Position numbers and translations under genes: made by a program. 64,000 nucleotides of DNA from Chlorokybus atmophyticus (Eukaryota; Plantae; Mesostigma and Chlorokybus algae): assembly GCA_009103225.1 (NCBI GenBank), contig RHPI01002910.1:1-64000 (forward strand). Direction: 5' to 3'. A model generated the notes under the pieces. It saw only the letters and a list, made by a program, of their open reading frames with translations. It was not told the origin of the DNA and did not search any database. Positions 37,042 through 48,829 of this stretch are shown piece after piece. How positions within the stretch are numbered: the first letter of the stretch is position 1; each line of letters begins with the position of its first letter.

Positions 37042-40000
37042 ATGATGGTGGGAAGCTCAACTGCTGCGGCAGGGAAGCTGCAATTTGCAGCTGTTCTGGG
37101 CTGTGTTGCAAGCCTGCTGCTGCTTACGCCGGTTTTCGGGCTATACGAGGACCAAATCGGGCACATTGACTGGTGTGTGAGCTAACATGAGGTTGCATGC
37201 ACAGCGTGGTATGTGACATGCATGCACAGCGTAAGGTGATGCGAGCTGCACATTCACCAGCATTGCACTAAGGCGCATACTGGTAAGTGTGTTGCCATTA
37301 GTGCACTGCCTGCGATGAAGCACACATGCACATTGATTGGATAAGTATGGCATGTGTATAGCGTATAGCGAATGATTTGTTTGACATAAAGTCTTAACCC
37401 AACTGCCCTTGAGTACAGCATTCTGTATGCTTGCAACGCTGCGCACGTTGCTTCCATGCTGTTGGCTGTACACGAGTGCAGCGCCAGAAACGCAAACTTG
37501 TAGCGCGCGTGGTGAAGACGCGAGCATGTGCCGACAGTGGGCTGACTTGTTTTGCGCTTATGGTGTGTGGCACGTTTTGCACACGAAATGGCTGCAATGC
37601 GACAGTTTGTTCAACCGCAGGCACCAACAGCACATAGGCAAGGTCACCACGGTTCTGTTTCCTGGCGTTGGCTCGAGGAAGAGAGTTGTAGTGGCGACCG
37701 AGCAGAGTGTTCTAGCAACCCTCAACTTGCGGGATGCCTCGATAGGTGCGCATGTTTCCTTAGACAACAGACATTATAATTAGCTGCATGTGAGTCTCGC
37801 CGATTGCTTCCTATTTGCAGTGTGGCGGCAGGTGTTCGCGGAGCATGACCCCATCGACAAGGTGCTGCTTGCCAAGAAGAGTAAGTCATGAGCGTGCGGT
37901 GGGTGTATCGTATGCTGTTTTGGTGCAGATTACTGGATGTTCTTTTGGCTTACTGGTTGATGGACGACATTTGTGTACTCATTGTTGATGGACGGTCGGC
38001 AGCTATTGTCAGCATATCCAGTCATGGGCAGCGTGTACGAGCCTGGAGCTTGTTGGATGGAGCGTTGATATGGGAGCACCTCATCATCTCCACCTCAGAT
38101 CTGCATGTTCAACCTTCGCATGAAGATGCTGTCCTTATCACGGTATGCATTGTTGCCAGAGACATGGCAACACACTTGTGCAATCCCAGTGCACAGCTTT
38201 TCTGCAGGCTGGTAACACTCTATATTGCAGTTGGATGATGGAACAGATGCCCTGTCTGTGCTCGCTGGCGGCAGCATTCAGCTGTTATCTCTTGAAGATG
38301 GCGCTGTGAAATGGAGTACAGGGGCCAATGTGTAAGTCATGCTGTGGGAACATCTGCGGTTGCAAGCAGGTGGTCTGGATTGTGGTGTTGTGTCCGGGGC
38401 CCTTCGTTGGGAGTACTGTGTCTGATGACTCATGTGCGTGGCAGTTATAAATCGTCGTATTCAAAGCTGATCTATGCTGAAGAGTTGAAGCGGCTGTATG
38501 CGTCTGGCTTTGTCCACACAGAACCAGGCAGTGTTACTGCTTCAGGCAAGTGGTCTTTGAGTGACTGTGGCGATCACTTTGCCTTTTGGTATGCATCAAG
38601 ATGTTGCACCATGGCTGGTTTGATGGTGTCGCTTTGGTTGGGTTTGGCTGGCATGCTGTCATGGTGCCCTTGTCCGTTGTATGTTTGTGGTGGCTTGTTA
38701 TACAGATACCAAGAGCAGCATTGCTGAGTGTGTACTGCAGGTGTGCAGGTGCTGGCACTTGATGTTGTGACAGGCAAGACGGTCTCATCCAACACAGTCA
38801 CTGCCAAGCTGTCGCTGCTATGCTCTCAGCTGGTGGCAGTCAACTCAACTGCTACTCTGCTCGCAGTGGCAGCGGATGGCGGGCATGTTGTCACCCTTGA
38901 CCTTTCAAAAACACCAACATTTGTACCTCATGACTTGGCTACACAGCTGGGGGCTTCCACTTCACGTTTGTCTTTGCTGCCGGCAGTCATCTCAGGAGGT
39001 TTTGCTATTAAAGTGAAAGGCTCAGACAAGGGCGCTGCCATTTTCAAACTGGTTGACGGTGTGCCTAAACTGTTGTACACGGCCCCGCAAGGTGCTGTCA
39101 TTACAGACGAGCTGGTTGTTGAAGATCAGACAGCTGTTGCAGCAGTGTTCCCGCAGCAAAGCGGTATAGAGTATGAGGTGATCAGCGTATCAGACGGCAC
39201 TGTCCTCGCCAATGACGCAGTTGAAGTCGACATCTCTGAAAGAGGGCGACTGGAAGCAGCATTCCTCAACTCGTACCCGCGAAGACAGGGCACTGGACAA
39301 GGCTTCCGTGTTTGGGTTGTGCATGCGGACTACTCATCGGCGCTGCTGCAGCAAGGACAAGTCATCTGGTCCCTGGAAGAAGCACTGGCTGCTGTCACAG
39401 ATGTGAAGATTATTGACCTGCCTACTGACCATGTGGTTGCCAAGAAAGGCTTGCTGGACGCTGTCAAAGAGTTTGTTGAAGATTTCGACGTGGACAGCAT
39501 CACCAATTGGGCGTATGGCCATTATCTGTCAATAAAGAATGCCCTTCATGCAGGCACCCCTGAGGAAGTTGAGTCTCTGAGAGAGTACCTTCAGGTGTGT
39601 CCATGCTCTCTCTCTCTCTCCCTCTCTCCCTCTCCCTCTCCCTCTCTCCCTCTCCCTCTCCCTCTCTCCCTCTCCCTCTCCCCCTCTCCCTCTCTCTCCC
39701 TCGCCCGCCCTCTCTCCCTCGCCCTCTCGCCCTATCGCCCTCTCTCCCTCTCTCTCCCTCTCTCCCTCTCTCCCTCTCTCCCTCTCCCTCTCNNNNNNNN
39801 NNNNNNNNNNNNNNNNNNNNNNNNNNNNNNNNNNNNNNNNNNNNNNNNNNNNNNNNNNNNNNNNNNNNNNNNNNNNNNNNNNNNNNNNNNNNNNNNNNNN
39901 NNNNNNNNNNNNNNNNNNNNNNNNNNNNNNNNNNNNNNNNNNNNNNNNNNNNNNNNNNNNNNNNNNNNNNNNNNNNNNNNNNNNNNNNNNNNNNNNNNNN

Positions 40001-42874
40001 NNNNNNNNNNNNNNNNNNNNNNNNNNNNNNNNNNNNNNNNNNNNNNNNNNNNNNNNNNNNNNNNNNNNNNNNNNNNNNNNNNNNNNNNNNNNNNNNNNNN
40101 NNNNNNNNNNNNNNNNNNNNNNNNNNNNNNNNNNNNNNNNNNNNNNNNNNNNNNNNNNNNNNNNNNNNNNNNNNNNNNNNNNNNNNNNNNNNNNNNNNNN
40201 NNNNNNNNNNNNNNNNNNNNNNNNNNNNNNNNNNNNNNNNNNNNNNNNNNNNNNNNNNNNNNNNNNNNNNNNNNNNNNNNNNNNNNNNNNNNNNNNNNNN
40301 NNNNNNNNNNNNNNNNNNNNNNNNNNNNNNNNNNNNNNNNNNNNNNNNNNNNNNNNNNNNNNNNNNNNNNNNNNNNCTCTCTCTCTCTCTCCCCCTCTCT
40401 CTCTCTCTCTCTCCCTCTCTCTCTCTCGCTCTCCCTCTCTCTCTCTCGCTCTCTCTCTCGCTCTCTCGCTCGCTCGCGCTCGCGCTCTCGCTCACACTCT
40501 TGCCTATGTGCAGGCCACAAGCGAGAACAACAAGATGACGCGTGATGCCAACGGGTTCCGCAAGCTGATCATAACTTTAACAGAAGCTGAACAATTGCTA
40601 GCGCTTCACACTGGGAATGGTCGCATCGTCTGGTCTGCATTTTACGGCCCTGGCAGCAGCCGCTGTGCAACTTGTTCTGAGTTGAAGTTGAAGAAGCTCC
40701 TACTTTGGCGCGCTCATGCGTCCCATAAAGGCAATGCTCCACAGGTATGCATGGCGCATACATTGTGGGGTACCTATGGCAGAGCCAGCTTACACAACTG
40801 TCTCCGAAAGATGTTTTGCTATTGTTCCATGCCCAACACTGTCATACTTGATCTCATGCATAGGTGTTGGTCATTGGTGAAACGCCCTCAACAAACACAG
40901 CTTGTCTCCTGTGGTTGGACGCGCATACAGGCAGAGAATTGCGCTCCCAGACGCTGCCATATCGTGTGAAACATGTCATTCAGCTGCCGTACTATGACAC
41001 TGATGACCAGTCGCTGCTGCTGCTCGTTGACAGCACAGGCCGAGCGCATCTGTTTCCTGAAACAGAAGAGGCAGCTGACATCGTTGCCCCTCGTGTTGGG
41101 GCAGTTTACTACTACGACATCAATGAGGCTACGGGTATCCTCACCGGGTATAGTTTCAATCTGAATGCAGTGGCAGTACCAGTCACCATCACCTTCTTTG
41201 AATGGCCATTGTAGCAGCTGCAGGCAATGTGCACATGATCACAAGTGATATTCTCTCATTCACAGCTATGCCCTTACGGCATTGCCTGGGCGAGACAAGT
41301 TGACATTCGGTTCGCTTGAGCTGTGGCAAGTGGCGTTCCCATCCAACATGAAGATCGCCGCCGTGGCATCGAGGAGGTCAGATGAAGTGGCGGCGTCAAG
41401 GGCGCGTGTCAAGGGCGACCACAGCGTGCTGTACAAGTACCTCAATCCCAACACGCTGTTTGTCGCCACCACAACCTCTGCTGACGCTGTCGCTGCTGGC
41501 ATTGAGCCCCACGTCACGGCCTACATTCTAGACACAGTCACCGGAGCAGTTCTCTACCAGACCACCCATGCCCAGGTGAAATGTGTTACAAGCATGCTTA
41601 GTGTAGCTTTCACACAGCCTATTGATTTGATGCCAGTCAACGCGAGCCGGAGTTACAGACACCACCATTGCAATGACGGCATTTGCTGATGCGTGCGTGC
41701 ATTGCAGGCAACAGGGCCGGTGAATGCTATGCTAAGTGAGAATTTTGTAGTCTACAACTTGTTCGATGTTAATGCCCACCGACACCAAGTTGCAGTGTTT
41801 GAGCTTTTTGACGAGAGTGCTGAGTCCACGCGTACCATCTCTGAACTCATGGCCACCACTAGCGTCCAAGGTATTCGCCTAGCTGGAGATGTGCAAATGA
41901 GCTAATGGAATGCGACTTGTCCTACAATCAATACAATAACGTGCACTGCACTCTGACTGACTGGTATAGGGGCATGCCAAATATGAATTTGTGTTTTGCA
42001 GCCATAGTGAAACAGGTGTTGAATTGGTGGACTCGCACAACGCCAGCGACACAGAGCAGCTTGGTACTGCCAAAGCTGCGGGTGTTTGGGCAGTCGTACT
42101 TCTTCCCTGAGACAATCAAGACGCTTGCAGTGACGACCACAGCGCGTGGAATCACCAGCAAGTTGGTGAGCAACGCAGCATGATGCTATCGCCCAGCGCA
42201 TATGCTTCCGCGTATAGAACCCGCACGCAGTCATTCATGTTGTGCATGTCATTGTGTGCGTGCACAGTGAGACCCCACCCTATGTATGCACACATTGGCA
42301 TCTGTGGTTCAGGTGTTGATCGGTACCGGTTCTGATCAAGTGCTGGGCATGAGCAAAAAGCTGCTGGACCCTCGTCGACCATTGGTGCCTACAAATCAAG
42401 ACAAGGAAGAAGGCTTGCTGCCTTATGCTGATAAGCTACCTGTGCAGCCGCAAGCGTATGCGACACACAAGTTGCAGGTAACTGCTGATTTACGCTGGTG
42501 TGCAACAATGCTTCTGTGTCTGATGCTTCAAATCTTTTTCCTCTGCCTGCGACTAATCTGTGCTGTATTCGTAATGATGTGAGGGCCGATGGGTGGTGTT
42601 AGAGTCATATTGCTGACAAAGTCAACTCGCAATACAGGTAGCGAAGTTGAAGAATATTGTTACTGTCCCAGCGCGTCTGGAGTCAACATGCCTGATGTTT
42701 GCACACGGCATCGACATTTTCTTCAACCGTCTCGCCCCTTCCAAGACATACGATTTGCTCACAGACGATTTCAATTACGCGCTACTCGTGCTAACCATCA
42801 TATCTTTACTTATCGCGTTGGTGGTTACGAGCTACTTGAATAGGAAACAGGACTTGAAGAAACGGTGGAATTGA
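37042..42874 (+). CDS. EMC1: ER membrane protein complex subunit 1
   Basis: Signal peptide plus LYEDQIGHIDW|HQQHIGK, RKRVVVATEQSVLATLNLR, RDANGFRKLIITLT, GDHSVLYKYLNPN, TTARGITSK, LESTCLMFAHGIDIFF and FNYALLVLTI (C-terminal TM). The first exon (37042-~37171) is absent from the ORF track. Confidence 0.93.
39603..40495. repeat. (CT)n/(CTCTCC)n microsatellite inside an EMC1 intron, with assembly gap 39793-40376
   Basis: Simple repeat flanking the N run. Confidence 0.95.
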
Positions 42875-43798
42875 TGTTGCAGCACTGTTTCAATTACCGT
42901 CTGCTTGATTCAGAGTGCTGTGTCTCAAATGCCACTGGTGCATATTTACCTTGATGGTTGCGTTTTTTGGTTGTGACATATTCACCTGCTGAAAGCCTTC
43001 CAACAAGTCCCAACCGCTCCATGAACACGCAACATACAGCCTCACCCTGGACTCCAAGTGGGGTGCCCAATATCAACCACGGACGCCTCGTCGATCAGTT
43101 GCAAGTGCTTCCTGGTGAGTGGCACGGTTCCCTTGACAGGCCCTCGACCACTGGTACGGTCGTGTCATCATTAATACTGTGGTTGCGTCGTCGTCTTCAA
43201 TGCAGTACTGTGTGAAAGGTTGTCATTGGCAGGCTGGCAGGGCGATGTGTCAGGCAACTATGATAGCTCTGGCCTGCACCCTTGACGGGTTGGACTAGCT
43301 GTTGACAAGGAGCGCTGTCATCATGGCGCTGAGCGCTACTGGATTTCGCCATGATGATGCACGGAAAGCACTTGTCAAACTTGGTGGCATAGGGCCTAAC
43401 GCCGCTGACTAGGCGGCACAGACTGGCGTTTGCTTGCATGCAAAGCGAAACACGCCACAGTCGACTGTGGCGTGGCAACGTGGTGATCGCAGCTCGCAGC
43501 GGCGTAGCTCAGTCCTGCAAACCACAGAGGGTAAGTTTGGGGGAGTGAATTGTCAGCTAGCACAGGCAGCTGGAGGCAACGCCTAGCAGCACTCAGTTAT
43601 GTTGTGGCGTCTGCTTGGGGGTTGTGAAGCACAACTCTGAGGGCGCTTTTTGCTGCTGTGGCGCAAGTTGTGCACATGCCACTCGTTTTGCCTTGCATGC
43701 ATGCAGCATCACCTCCGTGCTGACGAGGTTGTCCATAGCACTTTGCGACCTGGCTGGATGATAGAGCACTAGACACTGTTTCTGTGGTGATAGGGGAG

Positions 43799-45790
43799 AT
43801 GGCGTTGAAGTGCAGCACACTGGCAGTGGCAGCATCCGCCTGCATGGTTGGTCTCCTCCTTTCCTGCCTCGTAGCTGCCAATGCTGGAACAAACGAGACA
43901 AAGGGTTTCTACTTCCGCACTGGCCTGCAGCCGCCCATCAACATGACAGGACAGCTGGGCGCTGCTCTCTTCCGTATCATCGTCCCAGTCAACTGGAAGG
44001 GCGTCCTCATTGTTGACGGCCATGGCTACATCGCCAAACTCGTCGAGGGCCGCGCCATTTACCCCTTCGAGCTCGGCACAGACGGCTTCCCCTCCAAAGA
44101 GGAACAGGCAAGAGTCAATGGGTGCTCAATGATTGAGGTTGTTACGCACTTTGTGTCATGCATATGGTATAGCGCCGGGCAGGTAATGCACAGTTATGCA
44201 CAGTCATGCACACACCCACGCATACAATTGGCAAGACAACAAGACAACAGCGGCAAGCTGAATCACACCATGCATGTGTCCTTGCAGGAGCCATTCATAG
44301 CCAATGTTGGTGGCTATGCCATCGCCACGACCAAGTACTCGGCCGAGGGTTGGTCCATCCAGGAAGCGCTGACGGAGCTGCCTCAGCTGACCCGCTTCTT
44401 CCGCAGAGAGATTGGCCGCCCCGTCCGCGCCATCATCACGGGCGGGTCCATGTCCGCCATCCCCACCATCGCGCTGGCCGAAGACCCCCTGCTCTCGGGC
44501 CCGGACAGGCTGTACAATGGCGCCTTCGCCTTCTGCGGGATCAACGCCGGGACGTCCATGACAGTCGACTACCTCATGACGGTGAGGTTTGAGAAGAGTG
44601 GTTTCATCTGAACGCTTGCGCTCTTGCATCAACTGCGGGTATTGCGTCGCTGCAGATTGCAAAGGCGTATGATGCCACTTTTGGCATCCCTCCAGAATGG
44701 GGCACAGCTGGCCTTTTGGCACCCAACCTGAACTTCTCTGGGCCCAACTCTACCGACCCCGGGAACACCATCAGCTTCCAGGTGCTACACTCAGCTCAGT
44801 TGCTAAGCTATTCTCTCTCAAGCATGCACGCACTGCGCATGAACGGATGCTACATCACAGTCGCAGCTTCATATCTGTGCGCGTGTACCTGCTGTTGAAT
44901 TCATGCTTGCAAGGAGGTTGAGTACTTGTTGCATGCATTCACGCCATTGTGCAGCTTTGCCAAGCTGGCTTCCCCTCCTGTGAAGAAGCGGAGCCGTACA
45001 GCAACCAGGCAGCATTTAATTTTGAGCTCATGCGGCTGCTTCTGTTTCCCAGCTTACCCAAGGCTGATGTCTACCCTTCTGCCAACTTCATTGGCTGGAT
45101 GTTTGGTAAGCTGAGCATTGATACATTCTAGTTGACCACATAACAACTCTTACATTATTTGCCTACGAGAAACCTATTGTTGGTTGAAAGCTATTGTGTG
45201 CAGGCAATCTATTCTTCACGTTTCAAGTACGTTGGGACATCCAAACTCGGGCAGGCGGCACTATCACCGGCACCGATGTGGGCTTTGTGTACGACTTCAA
45301 TGAGATTGCCCAAGCGCAGAACGCAGCGCAATACCTGAAAGACACTTTCGGTCTGGATCCTGCGCCATATCTTGCCAAGATGAACGCCGCGCCGAAGATT
45401 ATTGCTGACCCACAAGGCAGTGCCTATGCCGCGAGCTTCAAAGACTTCACTGGCCAGCTGCAAATCCCCATGATTACAATGCACAACGATCTGGACGGGC
45501 AAGTGCGCACCAGCCACGAGTCTTTCTATCGGGATCTCGTCCAGTCTGCCGGCAAGTCTGAGCTGCTGTTTCAGACGTTTGTTGACACGTACCCCAACCT
45601 GTTTATCGGCTCGAACGGCCCCAACATCACCTCCTCCGGCCACTGCATTTACACCAAGGAGCAGATGGTTGCTGCTTTCAATGCGCTCGATGACTGGGTG
45701 GCTACAGGAGAGCGGCCCGTGTCTTCCGAGTTCACACCTGCTGGCGGGTTTGACTTCAACTTCGCGCCTTTGCCGTGGCCGCTCTCATGA
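43799..45790 (+). CDS. secreted alpha/beta hydrolase, copy 2 (5 exons, first intron GC-AG)
   Basis: Same motifs and intron positions as copy 1 (GGSMS, PMITMHNDLD, SGHCIYT). Exons ~43799-44107, 44288-44581, 44656-44781, 44955-45105 and 45204-45790. Confidence 0.85.
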
Positions 45791-46828
45791 GCAGTTGGCA
45801 TGGCTTTGTCATGGCAAGTCTCTGCACAGAAAGCACACATTCTGTACTCATCAGGATGATGGTCAATGCTACAGTGCTAGCGTATGGTAATGGCTGTATG
45901 CACTGGGTAAAGAGTTTATGCAAGAGGCGTCTACGTCCTCCTGGCGGTTGATCAAACATAGGCTACTGTGCTTGACACTCCTTCGCTGGTGGTATACGTG
46001 TGAGCGTGTGTACAAAGAATTTGTCTGGACAGGGCTCCTCATACCTGGCAGGTATACATAGGCTTTCCAATTACAGAGGTGCAAACACACAGGCACACAA
46101 CCCAGCACACCAGCAGTAGCGCAAGGCAACAAGGGCACTTCAATTACTTGGGCCAGGGCCTAGTCAAGCTGTGCGCTGTTACTAAGTGTGGATGACATGT
46201 AGGCGCCATGCACATGTAAGCTGGTATGGATTGTGTGGCGCTAGCTACACTGCTGCATCGTATATGTTATACACACTTCACTTGGCGTGACAAAGGGACG
46301 TAGGCAATGCATGTAGTACCGCATGCTGCAAAAGTACATTTCCCCTTTTCTCTGCACAGACAGGCCAATGGCAGTCAACATATGCGTAATCCGTCACAAG
46401 CACGCCTAATCCGCAGAGCACTGATATGCTGTCTACTCCAGTTCACAGATTTATGTACACAGTGCAGTGTAATTTGAACCCAGCATGAACTTGCTGTCTC
46501 CAACCTTGCTTAGGACCATGGCACTTGTCATGTAGGTACTTGCGCTTGTCTGGTTACGTGCGTATGAGTACGGGTATGTATGTGTTGGAAAGAGGAGCCC
46601 TGCATCTCCTTATTGATAATGTCGAAGGCATTGTGAATCATGTGTGCACCTTCAGAGACAGCGACAGCAACATGATTTGTACTGTTTACTAGAGGATGAC
46701 AGTGCGGGTGCGGGCACCAACGGGTCTAGTTTGCACTGGTTGATGCTGCTTGCTTGATGCCAGAGCTCCTCAGTGTCTGGGACTCAAGCTACAAGGAGAA
46801 AGAGCAGAGAAACACTGAAGAAAGACCG

Positions 46829-48829
46829 TTACGCCAAGGGCCATGTGAGGGGCTTAAAGTTGAAGTCAAAGCCGCCAGCAGGGGCAAAGTCCGCATTCAT
46901 GGGTCGCTCGCCCTTGGCAATCCAGTCATCATGAGAGTTGAAAGCAGCCAGCATCCGCTCCTTTGCAGCCAATGAACAGGTTGGGGCAGGTGTCCACCCA
47001 CGTCTGACACAGCAAGTTGGACTTGCCTACAGACTTGACGAGATTGTGGTAGTATGCCTCGTTGCTCGTGCGCACTTGGCCAGCAAGCAAGTTGTGCATG
47101 GTGAGCATGGGGATCTGGAGGTTGCCAGTGAAGTCAGTGTACTTGGCGTAGGCCTTACCGGCGAGGTCGGCGATGATCTTGGGCGCAGCGTTCATCTTGG
47201 CATGTACGGGGCAGGGTCATAGCCGAAATTGTCGTTTAGGTACTTCTCGGGGTTCTGCGCTCGGGCGATCTTGTTGAACAGCCATAGGTAACACCAACGT
47301 CAGTGCTAGTGATAGCGCCGCCTGCCCGGGTCTGGATGTCCCAACGCACTTGGAAGGTGAAGAAGAGGTTACCTGCACGGAAAGCATACCGTGTCCAGGT
47401 CAATATACAGCTACAACAAACGTAATTGTCTATCAAAGCGCAATGCCAGAATGCCAGACATGCAAGTACAGCTTTACCGAACATCCAGCCAGGAAAGCCA
47501 GCAGGATCAGGATACACATCCGCCTTGGGCAGGGTGGGGAACAGCAGCAGGCGGATGAGCTCGAACTTGAAGGCGACCTCCCTGTCCTTCGGAGGCAGGA
47601 ATGCACCACAAGATGGGATGCCAGCTTGGCACAGCTGCACAACAATGGAAGGTTCGGCGCAGATCCCAACATTTAGGCCGCAACTAATAGACTGTGCACA
47701 CGTATACTTCGGAGAAATGTTGTGTATCTGGGAACAGGACTATCCTGCAAGATGCATGCAACTTCGCTCTTCAACTTAGCAATATTAGTCCATGCCATTA
47801 CATGCGGTCACAGCATAAGTGCTGCGCATGTGTCAGACCGTCAAGAATGTAGCTGCCAGCAGCCAGACTACTGCAAGGAGTTGACCTGGAATCTAATAGT
47901 GGCAGCAGGATCAGTTGGAGCGGACCCGCCTAAGTTCAGGTTGGGGTACAACTTGCCAGCGGTGCCCCATTAAGCAGGGATGCCAAAGACGGCATCATAC
48001 ACCTTGGCAACCTGCAGCATACATGAGAGTCCTCAACCTGAGCGCGTGAAAATTAGGCAAGGCGCGTGGCGACTGCCTGGTGTTTGTACTTGGATCGACG
48101 CATGCAAGTATGAGCAGCATTATGACAAGCAGCAGCAGCAGCCTGCGCTTCATGCATCTAAATCACCTGCTGAAGACCACCTTTCTTAGAGTCATCAGGT
48201 AGTTGACAGTCTCTGATGTACCCGCAGCCATGCCGCAGAAAGCAAAGGCGCCATTGTAGAGCTTTCCCCTGTCAGTGGGGGGACCAGATAGTCTGCGGTT
48301 CTCGGCCAGCGCAATGGTGGGGAAGGCTGACACTGTCCAGTGTGGCCACCCGAGACGATGGTGCGTGCCGGGCACGCATTCTCGGTGCGGAAGAAGAGGG
48401 TGAGCTGAGGCAGCTCCCTGAGAGCCTCCTGGATGGACGAGTACTTGATGGTAGCAAGAGCATAGCCACCGACGTCGGAGAAGTACTGCTCCTTTACCAT
48501 GTCAGAGCTGCTCTTAGTTTATAGCATTGGCAGTGTTCTTGCCTGGCTTTCCTTGGCGGGGAAGCCGTCTGTGCCAAGCTCAAAGCGGTACACTTCACGT
48601 CCCTCGCCCAGCTTGGCGATGTAGCCGTGGCCGTCCAGGATGAGAACGCCCTTCCAGTTGGAGGTGGCGATGATGCGGAAGGGGCGCTGCCGCGCTGGGC
48701 GGTCATGTAGATGGGTGGACGCAGGCCGTTCCTGAAGCGGAAACCCTTGGCAGCAGCTGGAGCCACCAGCAGAGCAAGGAGAGCGAGCATGCAAGCGAAT
48801 GCTACCGCACTGCGGCCCATCCTGGCCAT
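46829..48829 (-). pseudogene. alpha/beta hydrolase copy 3, pseudogene
   Basis: Collinear with copy 1. Frameshift after PIYMTAQ, GAA>TAA at ~47970, a further frameshift at ~47280, and a deletion removing the SGHC catalytic-His segment at ~46965. Confidence 0.9.

Noticed and set aside
38728-40545. 605-aa ORF with SL/RE repeats and overlapping ORFs
   Set aside because: Read-through of an EMC1 exon into a CT-microsatellite intron and N gap.
42894-43478. Small ORFs between EMC1 and hydrolase copy 2
   Set aside because: No recognisable homology or convincing exon structure. Likely UTR or intergenic sequence.
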